Assembly: GCA_052033375.1 (NCBI GenBank) | Contig: JBPOJQ010000018.1 | Location: forward strand, 1,671-65,670 | DNA from: Candidatus Magasanikiibacteriota bacterium | Lineage (GTDB): Bacteria > Patescibacteriota > Patescibacteriia > Magasanikbacterales > UBA922 | Direction: 5' to 3' | DNA: 64,000 nt | Shown: positions 41,824-53,782 of the stretch, piece by piece | How the letters are laid out: every line of letters begins with the position of its first letter | Numbering within the stretch: the first letter of the stretch is position 1 | Translations under genes and position numbers: made by a program | The notes under the pieces: generated by a model | Seen by the model: only the letters and a program-made list of their open reading frames with translations | Told to the model about the DNA's origin: nothing | Database searches by the model: none

Positions 41824-41848
41824 AAAAGCCCTCAGTATGAGGGCTTTT
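41824..41848. terminator. intrinsic terminator after rnj
   Basis: aaaagccctca-gta-tgagggctttt. Confidence 0.75.
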
Positions 41849-41854
41849 AGTGTA

Positions 41855-43711
41855 TTACACTTCAATGACTACTGGCAAGATCATTGGACGTTTTTCAGTT
41901 TTGCCGAGCACATACTGTCCAATTTTATCCCGAATATCATTCTTGATCTGATTCGTATCCGCCCAACTCTTTGGGTCTGATTCAGTGACCATCTTCTTCA
42001 CACGATTTCGAATTTCTTCAATTAAATCCCGGTTATCTTTAAGGAATACAAATCCACGTGAAATAATATCAGGGTTCTGGATGAGCGCACCAGATTTCGC
42101 ATTGATCGTGGTGATGACAACAAGCATGCCGTCTTCCGCCAATACTTGACGATCACGGAGTACAATACTCTGGCTATCACTAATCCCCAATCCATCGACA
42201 AACACATAATCACTCGGAACTTTTTTGCTAAGCATTTTTGCTCCCTGCGGAGTCACTTCAATAACCGATCCATTATCCGGAACAAAAATCTTATCTTTAT
42301 CAAACCCATGAGAAATTGCCAATTTGCGAGCTTCTTTGAGGAAATAATGATTCGCATACACTGGAATAAAGTATGTGGGCTGTACTTGCGTAAGTACATC
42401 GCGAATATCCTGACGAGTCGCATGACCAGAGACATGCACATCCATCAATTGTCCATGAATGACATTATCACACTGACGATACATATTATCTTTCAATCGC
42501 TGAATCGAGCGTTCATTTCCGGGGATAATCGATGATGAAAAGACTACCGTATCACTTGGCTTCAAAGTGATTATTTTATGTTGTTTGTTTACAATACGCA
42601 TGAGCACTGCATTTTCTTCTCCTTGCGCGCCAGTACAAATAACTACAATACGATTATCAGGATAGTCATCAACTTTCTTCACATCAATCAATACTTCTGG
42701 CTTAACTTTAATATATCCCAATTTCTTAGCCATCTCGACATTCACCTTCATACTGTATCCATCAAGCGCGACTTTCTTTCCCAATTTTTCAGCAGCATCC
42801 AGTACCCACCGAATACGCTCCAACTGCGAAGAAAAAGTACCGATAATAATACGTCCAGGAGCAGATGACATGATGCTCTGAAGATTGTTATACATCTCTT
42901 CATAACTTTTTCCTCGAAACTCATGTACGACACCTAGACTTTCAAGCATCAAAACAGTCGGTTTCTGTAATTTACGTAATGGAGTGTAGTCAAGTGTAGG
43001 CTTGCCTTCTTTATCCCGATCAAGTGTCCAATCTCCTGGATGTATTGCTGAGCCAGCAGGGGTTTCAACAATTACACCAACAGCATCCATAATGGAGTGT
43101 TCAACTTGAAAAAACTTAATCGTAAAGGCACCAAACTTTAGCACATCATCAATACCTTTGATACGGATCGTTTTTAATTTTCCAGCACTGCCTTTTCGAT
43201 AATCTTCTTGCTTGTGCTTGACCAATGCAAGTGTCAAATCACGACCGACAATAACAGGATTTCCCAATTGTTCAAGCAATATAGGCGCAGCTCCAATATG
43301 ATCCAAATGTCCGTGACTGAAGATAACGGCGCGAATATTTTTCTTTTTATCCTGAAGATATTTGGTATTAGGCACAATATAGTCGATACCTGGCATGTCT
43401 TCTTCAGGAAATTGAATACCCATATCAAGTATGATGATATCATCACCATACTCAAAGATAGTCATATTTCGTCCGACTTCCTCACATCCGCCAATTGGAA
43501 TAATGCGAAGCGCATGGGGATTTTTTTCATACCCTCCCTCTTCGCGTCGAAATGAATTAAATTTACCGGAATTAACGGTTCGCACGCCTCGAGATTGAGG
43601 ACGTCCATGCGATCGTGAAGAACCAGTGCGTGAGGTTCGTGAACCAAATCCTCCGCTCCGACCACTTCTTCGTGTGTTCTGTGCGCTCTGCGCGCTCTGT
43701 GCATTCATCAT
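41855..43711 (-). CDS. rnj: ribonuclease J
   Basis: GGCEEVGRNM, SHGHLDHIG, HVSGHA, RPMILPV. Confidence 0.96.
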   Translation of the reverse strand: MMNAQSAQSAQNTRRSGRSGGFGSRTSRTGSSRSHGRPQSRGVRTVNSGKFNSFRREEGGYEKNPHALRIIPIGGCEEVGRNMTIFEYGDDIIILDMGIQFPEEDMPGIDYIVPNTKYLQDKKKNIRAVIFSHGHLDHIGAAPILLEQLGNPVIVGRDLTLALVKHKQEDYRKGSAGKLKTIRIKGIDDVLKFGAFTIKFFQVEHSIMDAVGVIVETPAGSAIHPGDWTLDRDKEGKPTLDYTPLRKLQKPTVLMLESLGVVHEFRGKSYEEMYNNLQSIMSSAPGRIIIGTFSSQLERIRWVLDAAEKLGKKVALDGYSMKVNVEMAKKLGYIKVKPEVLIDVKKVDDYPDNRIVVICTGAQGEENAVLMRIVNKQHKIITLKPSDTVVFSSSIIPGNERSIQRLKDNMYRQCDNVIHGQLMDVHVSGHATRQDIRDVLTQVQPTYFIPVYANHYFLKEARKLAISHGFDKDKIFVPDNGSVIEVTPQGAKMLSKKVPSDYVFVDGLGISDSQSIVLRDRQVLAEDGMLVVITTINAKSGALIQNPDIISRGFVFLKDNRDLIEEIRNRVKKMVTESDPKSWADTNQIKNDIRDKIGQYVLGKTEKRPMILPVVIEV

Positions 43712-43905
43712 ACAAATAAACAATATTACATTAAATCATGTCACATGAAGTAATACGTACTGACGCTAATATGCGCCATATATACGAGATAATAAACTCA
43801 AAACGTAAAACCCAAAAGTCAAAACTATACCTAAAAACTAAAAGTTTTAAAGTCGAAAATTCAAATCTGTAATTTTGAACTTTAAGTTTTGAGTTTATCA
43901 ATTCG

Positions 43906-43988
43906 TGCCGATGGTGGGACTCGAACCCACAAGCCTATTCAGCATGCGCACCTGAAGCGCACGTGTCTACCAATTTCACCACATCGGC
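43906..43988 (-). tRNA. tRNA-Leu(CAG)
   Basis: GCCGATG...TGCGC-TT-CAG-GT-GCGCA, long variable arm, GTTCGAGTC...CATCGGCA. Confidence 0.95.
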
Positions 43989-44087
43989 GTGTTGTTATCT
44001 TGATACATCTACTTCCGCCAGAGACGAATCAGACTGTGACAAAAAGTTCATCAGATACGTGTATTAATATTACACACCCAGAACCCC

Positions 44088-46106
44088 TCAATCCTTAGTC
44101 CCCCATACCTTCTTTTCCTGGACATACCAATCCAAAATATTGGCAAAACGATCAGAAGGTTTTGAAATTCGTTCAACCCCAAACCCCTTGATTTCATCCG
44201 TTAAAGCATACGTATATGTCGGGGTGTAGAGAAAAACCGCAGGCACATCAGTTACTAGTGTATGTGAAAAATCAGTATACAAACGAGTCAATTCATCCGT
44301 ACTCGTAGAAACACGCGCCTTCTCAAGTATCTGATCAAGCGATTTATTTGAGTATTGCGATAAATTCAACCCAGGATATCCTATCTGACTTGAATGCCAG
44401 AAGGGATATTGATCAGGGTCACTTCCAATAATAATTCCATACAAGAGCATGTCATAATTACGTGACCGCAAAACCTCCCGGGTAATATCTTGAGGATCGA
44501 CCAATCGAGTGGTCATGCGTATTCCTATTTCTTGAAAATATCCGGCAAGTATATCAGCAATCTTTGAATACTCCGGTGTGGCGGCGGTAACCAATTCAAA
44601 ACCAATCACATTTTTTTTATCACTACCCTTTTTATGTCGATAAAATAACTGTGCAGGATTGAGTTCGCGATCTAATTCCTGTCCGACAATATCCCGAATT
44701 ACTTCTTCATTAGGGAGAGTACTAGTCACACTGTCTGCAACACGTTCCGAAATCACCGTAGAGGTAGCAGCGGTCGTCGATGTAGTACTCTGTAATTTTT
44801 CTTGTGAAATGCGCTCAGCAACCCTCGCTTCAAGTAACATCGAACGATAATCAGCAGCTGACACGCGTTCATATATTTTATCAAGCGCGGCATTTGCATC
44901 TTCAACTGAAAATATAGTAGTAGTGGAAGATTCTGAAAATCCAGGAAAACCTGGTAACAGCGGGCCTGACATAATACGCGCTTCATTATCAAGCACATCA
45001 GACACAATACGTTCTTTATCAATTGCAAAAGATAATGCAGTTCGGATATTTTTATCTTTCAAAATTTCATTTTTTTGATTAAAGAAAAGCGCAGTATATT
45101 GGGGAAGCTCGAGAGTATTCAATACAATATGCTTGCGTTTCACTTTTTCACGATATTCATACGGAACAAATGAAATACCATCAATTTTTTGTTCACGGAG
45201 CGCAGTGATAATTCCTTGTGGACCATCATAATCACTAAAAAATTGAAAAATAAATTCTTTTAGATACGGAGGATTTCGATAAAAATCTGAAAAACGTTTC
45301 AGCTCAATTGATTCCACAAATCCATCTGAATTTTTTACTAAACGACTAAATTGAAATCGTCCAGTTCCAATCGGTTGCAAATTTCTCTGCGCGAGACGAA
45401 TTTGTGACGCAGGTATTCCCGCCCATACATGTTTCGGAAGTATTCCAACTGTGAGAGTTGAAAGAAACGATGGAAAAGCTTCTTCCAACGTAAATGAAAC
45501 CGTATAAGTATCTCGTGCCTCAACCGTCACTTTCTGAAAAGTAACTCGCAATGGACTCCCTACCTCGGGATCTTGAATGAGTTCAAATGTGTGCACTACA
45601 TCTTCTGCGGTAAAAGGTTCACCATCATGCCAATGGACATCCTGCTTTAGCTCAAAAATATACGTCTTACTATCTTCACTCACATCATACTTTACAGCAA
45701 GCTCAGGAACTAATCGTCGTGTAGCATCATAACGTAAGAGCCCTGAATACACGAGAGAAACAACATCTTCATCCACTTCATTGAGTGATGAAAATAATGG
45801 ATTCAACGATTGAGGAGTACCAATCACACCTTCACGATAAGTACCTGCTACTTTGGGGACAGTAACTCGATACTCATCCGCAACAACAGCACCAATAAAA
45901 CCAAGTGAGCAAACAAAAACTAATACCGCACCCCAAAAGACAATACGTTCACGTATTGAAAGCACATGTCCAATCTGAAACAGTTGACGAGGTGTAGGAA
46001 AACGACGATTCCGAAGACGCGAAAGCAGAGTTACATCATGCGACGGACGTGAATTACGTTTCCTAATCCCCCCTCGTACTGCCTTTGTATTCTTTAAAAA
46101 AGGCAC
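44088..46106 (-). CDS. ABC transporter substrate-binding protein, family 5 (peptide/nickel)
   Basis: LNPL, WHDGEPFTAEDVVHTF, PIGTGRF; N-terminal TM. Confidence 0.9.
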   Translation of the reverse strand: MPFLKNTKAVRGGIRKRNSRPSHDVTLLSRLRNRRFPTPRQLFQIGHVLSIRERIVFWGAVLVFVCSLGFIGAVVADEYRVTVPKVAGTYREGVIGTPQSLNPLFSSLNEVDEDVVSLVYSGLLRYDATRRLVPELAVKYDVSEDSKTYIFELKQDVHWHDGEPFTAEDVVHTFELIQDPEVGSPLRVTFQKVTVEARDTYTVSFTLEEAFPSFLSTLTVGILPKHVWAGIPASQIRLAQRNLQPIGTGRFQFSRLVKNSDGFVESIELKRFSDFYRNPPYLKEFIFQFFSDYDGPQGIITALREQKIDGISFVPYEYREKVKRKHIVLNTLELPQYTALFFNQKNEILKDKNIRTALSFAIDKERIVSDVLDNEARIMSGPLLPGFPGFSESSTTTIFSVEDANAALDKIYERVSAADYRSMLLEARVAERISQEKLQSTTSTTAATSTVISERVADSVTSTLPNEEVIRDIVGQELDRELNPAQLFYRHKKGSDKKNVIGFELVTAATPEYSKIADILAGYFQEIGIRMTTRLVDPQDITREVLRSRNYDMLLYGIIIGSDPDQYPFWHSSQIGYPGLNLSQYSNKSLDQILEKARVSTSTDELTRLYTDFSHTLVTDVPAVFLYTPTYTYALTDEIKGFGVERISKPSDRFANILDWYVQEKKVWGTKD

Positions 46107-46142
46107 ACCAAAGAAAGAAGTTTAAGACCCATCTAAATAAAA

Positions 46143-46361
46143 CTAGACGATCAGATTAACGAGAGCAATAGCAAAACACAAAATTGAGAGAGCAATAGTG
46201 ATATTGAATAACACACGATCTACACCACGACGAGTAGTATATACACCGGTAGTGCCTCCAAATGCACTTCCAATACCAGTCCCTTTCTGTTGAAGCAATA
46301 TTGCAATAACGAGCAACGCGGCTATGACAAGATGAGCAATTGAAAGTATGGTCGAAATCAT
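46143..46361 (-). CDS. secG: preprotein translocase subunit SecG
   Basis: ILLQQKGTGIGSAFGG between two TM helices. Confidence 0.9.
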   Translation of the reverse strand: MISTILSIAHLVIAALLVIAILLQQKGTGIGSAFGGTTGVYTTRRGVDRVLFNITIALSILCFAIALVNLIV

Positions 46362-46523
46362 ATATGCATGTTCTACTAGAAGTATATCAGAATAAATACA
46401 AAGAGAAAAACTGTATATCGTAGTCTACCAAAAATAGTCAAGGCTGTCAAGAATACAAAAAAGCACAGGCCTTGGTAAAAATGATTAAAAAATGCTATAC
46501 TACGCCTACTTATATAGGTATCT

Positions 46524-47246
46524 ATGTCTACCAAAAACATAAAAATACTCGGATACATACTCCTCACAGTTACCGGTATAGTACTCATGGTTTTCATCTG
46601 TTACTTTGTGTACTACACGTGGCAGTTAAAATACGGCTCCCCAGAAACCCTAAGAACACTCACGCGCACACTCGACGGTGGCTTTACCAAACAGACAGAT
46701 ACTGATGCACCCACATTCAGGGCTGATTATAAATCATTTATCCGATCTCACAATCCGACAATTGGTGCAGCCGATGCGCCAGTGACAATTATCATGTTTA
46801 TAGATTTTGAATGCCCCTACTGCCAATCAAGTTTCCCCGTATTCAAAGAAGTGATGGACTCATTTGGGGATGGAATACGCGTCGTTTTCAAACATTTCCC
46901 TATTGAAACCCTGCATCCCAACGCGCGACAAGCGGCCGAAGCCAGCATGTGTGCAAAAGAACAAGATAAATTCTGGAAATTTTACGACCGAGCATTTAGT
47001 GTGAAAAGGCTTGACGAATCCTCACTTTACACGTATGCTGTCGAATCAGGTTTGAATACAGTGGCATTCGATGCATGTCTGAAAGACAAAAAATACAGTC
47101 GATCCATAGACCAAGACCTTGCAGACGGTATAGAACTAGGAATACGTGGTACCCCTACCTATAGTATTAATGGACAATTTGTAGAGGGAGTAGCCACACT
47201 CGATGAATGGAAAAAAATCCTATTAGACATTTTGAATCAAACATAA
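46524..47246 (+). CDS. DsbA-family thiol-disulfide oxidoreductase
   Basis: DFECPYC, FKHFP, GTPT; N-terminal TM. Confidence 0.92.
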   Translation: MSTKNIKILGYILLTVTGIVLMVFICYFVYYTWQLKYGSPETLRTLTRTLDGGFTKQTDTDAPTFRADYKSFIRSHNPTIGAADAPVTIIMFIDFECPYCQSSFPVFKEVMDSFGDGIRVVFKHFPIETLHPNARQAAEASMCAKEQDKFWKFYDRAFSVKRLDESSLYTYAVESGLNTVAFDACLKDKKYSRSIDQDLADGIELGIRGTPTYSINGQFVEGVATLDEWKKILLDILNQT

Positions 47247-47269
47247 TCATCTCCTTATCCTCACACGCT

Positions 47270-48757
47270 ATGAAAAAAGCCTTTTTCATTCTCGTACTTG
47301 TTGCATGGATGCTCCCAATCTCTTCTCATGCACAAATCGACCAGCGATGTTGGATTGAAGAAGACTGCTACCGTGCACGACAAACATATCTCAATCTATC
47401 AGAACAAGAAGCACGAAATCCAAAAGCTTTCAGACAAGACGACACTACTAGACAATTATGTAAAGGTGATATAGATGCTTCTGGTAAAAAAATAGGGTTT
47501 TGTCTCCCGGCAACTACCGCAAAAACAAAAATTGCAATCGGCGGACAGACAGAGTTCACAGGATTGACCGAGTTTGTCGCATTTATCTACAAATATGGCA
47601 TGGGCGTTGCGAGCGTTCTTTCAGTTCTCGTACTTATTTTTGCAGGTGTCCAGTGGATTATCTCAGGTGGAAATGCCGAGGCAATCAGTAGCGCAAAACA
47701 CAAAATCGTAGGCGCAGTAATCGGACTCGTTATCCTGGCCGCAGCATATACCATTCTATATACTGTCAATCCTGATCTGGTGAATTTGCGCCCGCCAAAT
47801 GCATGGATGATCAATACACAAAAAATTTCTAATCCTTACTGCAGTAATTTAAACCCAGGAAACAAAATTTCAAAAAATCCTTCAAATGAAACCGGACAAA
47901 AAATAAGTGACGAGCAAAAAAAAGCTGGATTCTCCGCATTATCAACCAATGACTGGGTCACGGTCACATCCACAGAGAACAACACAACCCCTATTGCACC
48001 ACCAGCGCATTGCGGACAGGACTATTATGTGCAAAATACGGGTGCACTTACATGCCAGGGATCAGCATGTCCAGCAGGTAACGTATGTTATGACAAAAAT
48101 AAATCCGGCAAACCGGGATGTTTTCGAGCAAATATCGCAGGTAAAATATCGAGTGGAAATTTACTTGATAATGCCCTTGCAAGTACTATTGGTATCCTTA
48201 GACAAGTAGTCAATACCACGTTAAATGAAGGGTGGGACGGTCCAACATGGGCTAATGAACCAGAAATTTATAGCGTATGTAATGATGGTAATTATGACAA
48301 CCTATCGACGGAAGGAAACGATCCAGATGATGCAGTATCTGATCTGACACAATCATATTATATCACCACATCCGATAGTGAAATCGAAGAGCATGTACAA
48401 CGATGCGAAAGTAATGGGGGTTTTAAGGGTTTTGTTCTATCTCTTGATATGGATGAAGCAGGAGACCCTGTTGATGAGCGACATTTTATAGGCAGAAAAG
48501 GTACAAATGGAATCGATTTAGGAGACAAGGCAAAGGTAAAAGCAGACTGTGTCCTGAGTATTATTAAATCAGATTACTTTATTTCAGAGGCAGAACTAAA
48601 ACAAGGAATACCTCTAGATGTAGACGTAGCATTCATCTATGATATTGATAATAACGACGAAGACCAAAATTTAGGAAGAATGTTCCATTATGGGCACCTA
48701 AAAAATTTCTTTATCGAGGACAACACCAATAATCAAGCGTACCAAAAATGTATATGA
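47270..48757 (+). CDS. pilin-like membrane protein with Cys-rich extracellular domains
   Basis: signal peptide; [11 protein letters not shown]....AK..I..AVIGLVI....Y.IL.TVNPDL (TrbC/VirB2-like pilin segment); many Cys; adjacent to dsbA. Confidence 0.7.
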   Translation: MKKAFFILVLVAWMLPISSHAQIDQRCWIEEDCYRARQTYLNLSEQEARNPKAFRQDDTTRQLCKGDIDASGKKIGFCLPATTAKTKIAIGGQTEFTGLTEFVAFIYKYGMGVASVLSVLVLIFAGVQWIISGGNAEAISSAKHKIVGAVIGLVILAAAYTILYTVNPDLVNLRPPNAWMINTQKISNPYCSNLNPGNKISKNPSNETGQKISDEQKKAGFSALSTNDWVTVTSTENNTTPIAPPAHCGQDYYVQNTGALTCQGSACPAGNVCYDKNKSGKPGCFRANIAGKISSGNLLDNALASTIGILRQVVNTTLNEGWDGPTWANEPEIYSVCNDGNYDNLSTEGNDPDDAVSDLTQSYYITTSDSEIEEHVQRCESNGGFKGFVLSLDMDEAGDPVDERHFIGRKGTNGIDLGDKAKVKADCVLSIIKSDYFISEAELKQGIPLDVDVAFIYDIDNNDEDQNLGRMFHYGHLKNFFIEDNTNNQAYQKCI

Positions 48758-51627
48758 AACATGAGTCAATCAAAATAGTGAACGCCCGCGTACATAATCT
48801 CAAAAATGTATCGCTTGAAATTCCAAAAAATAAACTGGTGGTAATCACTGGATTATCCGGATCTGGAAAATCGTCTCTCGCATTTGATACCATCTATGCC
48901 GAAGGACAACGTCGATATGCGGAAAGTCTCAATGCCTACGCCAGACAATTCATGGATATGCAAGATAAGCCTGATGCAGACGAAATATCAGGACTCTCCC
49001 CCACCATTGCCATTAATCAGAGAAATACTACCCAAAACCCACGCTCAACCGTGGGTACAACAACTGAAATTTATGATTACCTCCGATTACTCTTCGCGCG
49101 TATCGGAGTACAATGGTGCCCAGCATGCAACATCCCTGTTTCTTCACACAAACCAGGAACAATCATTGAACGAATCCGCACCCTTACAAAAAAAACTCCA
49201 AATGCACTCCTACTCTCCCCGATCATCCGACAAGAAATAATCACTAATAAAGAACTAAAACACCGTGTAGAAAAAACAGGATATCCCTCCATACGACTAA
49301 ACGGAGTTGAAACCTCAGTAAAACAACTCTCTTCAGTCTCCCTGAACCCTGCGTACAAATATGATGTTGAGGTAATCATTGGTGAATTAAAAAATATTGT
49401 AAAAGAATCATTTGCAAAGCATGTCCTCAAAGCACTTGATTTTTCAAATGGACATATAGTCGTCTACGATCCTGAAGCAGATACGGAAATATCTTTTTCA
49501 CAAATTCCAGTATGTAATTCATGCAAACGGACATTTTCGCATATCGAACCACGATCATTTAGTTTCAATAGTCCGTATGGCGCATGTCCACGCTGTACCG
49601 GACTAGGAAAAACACTCGAAGTAGATCCAGAGCTGGTTATTCCAAACCAAAAACTTACCGTTGAGGAGGGAGCAATCCAACCATGGACTCGATTAGTCGG
49701 AAACAACACAGGACTCATGGAAATTCTAACTGAAGTCGCCCACACACATGGATTCTCACTCGCTCGACCAATTGAAGAACTTCCACAATCAACAATGGAT
49801 ATTATCCTCTACGGTACAGATGGACAAGAGTATGTCGTCAAAGGAAGAAAAACAACATATGAAGGAGTAATTCCAAATCTAACTGCACGATACATCGAAA
49901 CCAAATCAGAATACGTAAAAAAAGAAATCGAAGTATACATGCGAGAAAAGCCTTGTTCAGTATGTGAGACCAAACGACTAAAAGAAGATAGTCTAAACAT
50001 CAAAATTTCTGATTATTCAATTGCAGACATAGCAGAAATGAGCCTCGAAGAATCATACGAAATTTTCAAATCACTCGAAAATCAAGGAAGTGGGCTTGCA
50101 AAAAAACTAAACTCGGATGAACGAAGTGTTGCAAAACCAATCGCACTTGAAATCAGACGAAGAATTGAACATCTTATTGATGTAGGACTCGCCTATCTTA
50201 CACTCGACCGATCATTGAATACACTCTCAGGTGGTGAATCTCAGCGTGTACGGCTCTCAACACAGCTCTCAGCAGGTCTGTCCGGTCTTATCTACATCCT
50301 CGATGAACCATCAATCGGATTACACCCCAAAGACAACGGACGACTCATCAATACACTTATTTCACTTCGTGACGCAGGAAATACAGTAATTGTAGTTGAA
50401 CATGATAAGGCTATCATGAAAGCCGCAGACTATCTGATCGATATTGGTCCTGGTGCAGGAGAGTACGGCGGAGAGATTATGGCGGCAGGCACTCCTGATA
50501 AAGTCATCAAATCAGACAAATCACTCACTGGTCGATATCTTTCAAACGCAGAAGAAATCAAAGCTCCTGGTAAACCACGTAAAGGAAGTGGTAAAAAGCT
50601 TACCATTCTTGGTGCCAAAGCAAATAATCTCAAAAATATTGATGTTGAAATCCCGCTTGCCATGTTTGTAAGTATTACTGGTGTATCTGGATCTGGAAAA
50701 TCAACACTCATCTTGGACATTCTCGGCAAATCACTCGAGAAAAAATTCTACCGTGCAAAAGATGAGCCAGGTGCACATGATGATATCAAAGGATTATCGC
50801 ATATCGACAAAGTAATCGCAATTGACCAGACCCCCATTGGAAGAACTCCTCGAAGTAATCCAGTAACCTACACGGGCATATTCACGATGATTCGAGATCT
50901 GTATGCCGAACTCCCAGAATCAAAATTACGTGGATACAGTGCAGGAACATTTAGTTTCAATGTAAAAGGTGATGGTCGTTGTGAAGCCTGCGGTGGAGAA
51001 GGATACGTGACCATCCCCATGCATTTCTTGAATGATGTATTTGTAGAATGTAGTGAATGTCATGGAACACGCTACACAAGAGATGTGCTTGAAATTCATT
51101 ATAAAGAAAAAAATATTGCAGAAGTCTTGAAGATGACCGTAGAAGAAGCTTTTAAATTTTTCCAAGGAAAACAACCAATCACTGACAAACTCCAAATTCT
51201 TCGAAATGTAGGATTGGGGTATGTCCAGCTCGGGCAGCCAGCCACCACTCTTTCAGGAGGAGAAGCACAGAGAATTAAGCTCGCAACTGAACTCTCACGC
51301 CGCTCAACAGGCAAGACCATATATATTTTGGATGAACCTTCGACTGGTCTTCATTTTGAAGACATCAAAAAACTGCTTCATGTACTGAACCAGTTGGTAG
51401 ACAAAGGAAACACGATACTCGTAATCGAACACAACCTTGATATTATCAAATGTTCAGACTGGATCATTGATTTGGGTCCAGGCGGTGGAAAACATGGCGG
51501 ACAAGTGGTCGCCTCAGGAACACCTGAGCAGGTAATCAAAGCAAAAAATAGCCTCACTGGCGAGTACCTCAAGCTCGAGCTTGCAGCAGCAGGTAAAAAG
51601 GAGAAGGGTAAAAGCAAAAAGAAATAG
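48754..51627 (+). CDS. uvrA: excinuclease ABC subunit A
   Basis: two ABC modules ([21 protein letters not shown] twice), zinc fingers, [10 protein letters not shown]. Confidence 0.98.
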   Translation: MKHESIKIVNARVHNLKNVSLEIPKNKLVVITGLSGSGKSSLAFDTIYAEGQRRYAESLNAYARQFMDMQDKPDADEISGLSPTIAINQRNTTQNPRSTVGTTTEIYDYLRLLFARIGVQWCPACNIPVSSHKPGTIIERIRTLTKKTPNALLLSPIIRQEIITNKELKHRVEKTGYPSIRLNGVETSVKQLSSVSLNPAYKYDVEVIIGELKNIVKESFAKHVLKALDFSNGHIVVYDPEADTEISFSQIPVCNSCKRTFSHIEPRSFSFNSPYGACPRCTGLGKTLEVDPELVIPNQKLTVEEGAIQPWTRLVGNNTGLMEILTEVAHTHGFSLARPIEELPQSTMDIILYGTDGQEYVVKGRKTTYEGVIPNLTARYIETKSEYVKKEIEVYMREKPCSVCETKRLKEDSLNIKISDYSIADIAEMSLEESYEIFKSLENQGSGLAKKLNSDERSVAKPIALEIRRRIEHLIDVGLAYLTLDRSLNTLSGGESQRVRLSTQLSAGLSGLIYILDEPSIGLHPKDNGRLINTLISLRDAGNTVIVVEHDKAIMKAADYLIDIGPGAGEYGGEIMAAGTPDKVIKSDKSLTGRYLSNAEEIKAPGKPRKGSGKKLTILGAKANNLKNIDVEIPLAMFVSITGVSGSGKSTLILDILGKSLEKKFYRAKDEPGAHDDIKGLSHIDKVIAIDQTPIGRTPRSNPVTYTGIFTMIRDLYAELPESKLRGYSAGTFSFNVKGDGRCEACGGEGYVTIPMHFLNDVFVECSECHGTRYTRDVLEIHYKEKNIAEVLKMTVEEAFKFFQGKQPITDKLQILRNVGLGYVQLGQPATTLSGGEAQRIKLATELSRRSTGKTIYILDEPSTGLHFEDIKKLLHVLNQLVDKGNTILVIEHNLDIIKCSDWIIDLGPGGGKHGGQVVASGTPEQVIKAKNSLTGEYLKLELAAAGKKEKGKSKKK

Positions 51628-51632
51628 AAACG

Positions 51633-51665
51633 TTCCTCCCCTCTTAGGGGAGGACAGGTGGGATT
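51633..51665. repeat. intergenic REP-like element
   Basis: tcctcccct-ctt-aggggagga followed by caggtgggatt. Confidence 0.6.
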
Positions 51666-51707
51666 AAGGGTCGGAGAGTAAATTTATCTTTCATATTTCC
51701 ACCAATA

Positions 51708-51736
51708 AAAAAATCCGCCAATAAGGCGGATTTTTT
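51708..51736. terminator. bidirectional terminator between uvrA and rplS
   Basis: aaaaaatccgcc-aataa-ggcggatttttt. Confidence 0.85.
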
Positions 51737-51739
51737 AAA

Positions 51740-52084
51740 TTACTTTTTTTCTTCAGTTCCTTTTACTTTTACTTCTTTCAATTTTTTCTTATATTCACGT
51801 AAGAAGTAAGGTCGAGACTTTCGTACATGCATCGCGCGTACGAGTTCAATCTTTTCTACTACTGGGGAATTGATTGGAAAAATCTTCTCTACCCCAACAC
51901 CGTCTGATACTTTTCGGACAGTGATCGTAGCTCCAGCTTCAGTTCCGTGCTTGAGAGCAAGAACAATTCCTTCGAAGATCTGAATACGTTCTTTTTCTTC
52001 TCCTTTGGTATTCAATTCTTTGATTTTTTGATGAACTTTTACGATCATCCCTGATTTAACTTCATGTCTGATATCTGCTGACAT
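51740..52084 (-). CDS. rplS: 50S ribosomal protein L19
   Basis: KERIQIFEGIV, TVRKVSDGVGVEKIFPINSP. Confidence 0.95.
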   Translation of the reverse strand: MSADIRHEVKSGMIVKVHQKIKELNTKGEEKERIQIFEGIVLALKHGTEAGATITVRKVSDGVGVEKIFPINSPVVEKIELVRAMHVRKSRPYFLREYKKKLKEVKVKGTEEKK

Positions 52085-52160
52085 AGATAAAAATTTAATC
52101 GAGAGGTTGGACACTATTTGTACACCAACATCGTATATAATATGTAGTGGCAACACTGTA

Positions 52161-52736
52161 CTATATCGCCTCTTTTTTGTCAAGAATCGCCTCTATAAGC
52201 TGGGAGACAGTTGCATCAAATCTTCCTTGTTCATTCACAATCTGAAGGTCATAGATACCAGCCTCAGCAATCTGCTGCTTTGCAATCAAAAGCCGTTCAT
52301 CCACCTCTTCACGAGTGAGCCCTCCTCGAGCAACAATCCGATCACGAAGAACATCAAGATTCTCAGGCATAAGAAAAATAGCCACATGAGGAATATGCAG
52401 CCGATCAAACGCCCGTTTACCATTGATCTCTACCTGAGTATACACAACATCATAATTCAACAATGTGCGTTCAAGTACACTCTTTTCAGTCCCATAATAA
52501 TTACCTGCATACACATTGTATTCTACAAATTCATCCCGAGAAATTTTTTCCTTAAACTCTGATTCGGAAACAAAATGATAATCAACCCCTTCAACATTAC
52601 CGGGACGTGGAGGACGAGACGTTGTTGTGAGACAACGAGAAGAATTGGGGATGCGTTCAGTTAATGCACGAATGACCGAATCTTTGCCCCCGCCAGAAGG
52701 AGAGGAAATAACGACCAGCAATCCCTTTTGTCTCAT
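52161..52736 (-). CDS. gmk: guanylate kinase
   Basis: SPSGGGKDS, TTSRPPRPG.VEGVDYHF, NYYGT. Confidence 0.93.
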   Translation of the reverse strand: MRQKGLLVVISSPSGGGKDSVIRALTERIPNSSRCLTTTSRPPRPGNVEGVDYHFVSESEFKEKISRDEFVEYNVYAGNYYGTEKSVLERTLLNYDVVYTQVEINGKRAFDRLHIPHVAIFLMPENLDVLRDRIVARGGLTREEVDERLLIAKQQIAEAGIYDLQIVNEQGRFDATVSQLIEAILDKKEAI

Positions 52737-52745
52737 ACAATATAC

Positions 52746-53708
52746 TTAGGTTAGAGTTTCAAGATACGCAGTGAGCTCTTCAGGAAGTGGCGCCTCATAA
52801 CACACTCTCTCGTCTGTAAGGGTAGTGAAACACAACTTTGAAGCATGGAGGAATAATCGTCCAAGTATCGGATCATTCTTTTTAAAATATCCTTTCTGAT
52901 AATACAACATGTCCCCCACCACCGGATGATTAAAGGCATACATATGGACACGAATCTGATGCGTACGCCCAGTATGAAGTCGTACTGAAAGCAAAGTGTA
53001 GCGCGCAAAACGTTTTAACACATCAAATTCAGTCAAAGCATCTTTCCCACTTCTGTCTTGTGTGACATTTCGAAGTGTCATCTGAGTATTTGGTCGAGCA
53101 ATCATCTTCCCTTCTTGACCACGATCAATAATAAAATTAATAGTACCATGCTCAGCTGCAGGCGAGCCGTATACCAATACAATATAATTCTTCTCAATAG
53201 AACGATGCTTAAACTGTTCTTTCAAATGTTCGAACATCTGCTGAGTCCGTGCAACAACCAATACCCCAGAAGCTTCCTTATCCAATCGATGTACAATACC
53301 AGGGCGAATAGTTGAATCACCTATCGCTGCGATCTCAGGGTAAGCTGACACAATCCATGAGGCAAGTGTCACTTTTTCACGTGCTTCGGTAGGATGTACA
53401 ATCAAACCAGCAGGTTTCATAATAACCAGATACTCTGGGTCTTCATGAATAACACGTATCTTTTCAAACAATTCCTCTGATTCTTCAGCGATAACCTCTG
53501 GTGTTTTTTCAACCTCTGGAACTTCTTGCATCTCAATCCTGTCTCCTTCTTGTACTCGATACGAGGATTTGGAGCAACGTGCACCATTCACTACAACAAG
53601 ACCTCGATCAATTGATCGCTGGACCAATGTGCGCGTACCAAATCCACTCTCTGCAAGAAAAGCATCAATTCTCTTTTTTGTTAGTTGTTCAGGGACTGTA
53701 ATAATCAT
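52746..53708 (-). CDS. RluA/RluD-family pseudouridine synthase with S4 domain
   Basis: KPAG, GIVHRLDKEASG, TGRTHQIRVH. Confidence 0.95.
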   Translation of the reverse strand: MIITVPEQLTKKRIDAFLAESGFGTRTLVQRSIDRGLVVVNGARCSKSSYRVQEGDRIEMQEVPEVEKTPEVIAEESEELFEKIRVIHEDPEYLVIMKPAGLIVHPTEAREKVTLASWIVSAYPEIAAIGDSTIRPGIVHRLDKEASGVLVVARTQQMFEHLKEQFKHRSIEKNYIVLVYGSPAAEHGTINFIIDRGQEGKMIARPNTQMTLRNVTQDRSGKDALTEFDVLKRFARYTLLSVRLHTGRTHQIRVHMYAFNHPVVGDMLYYQKGYFKKNDPILGRLFLHASKLCFTTLTDERVCYEAPLPEELTAYLETLT

Positions 53709-53782
53709 AGTAATTTAATCTGTAAAACCGAATGCTCCCATACTTTATAGACTTTTTGACTTTCGACTTTTTACTATATAAG

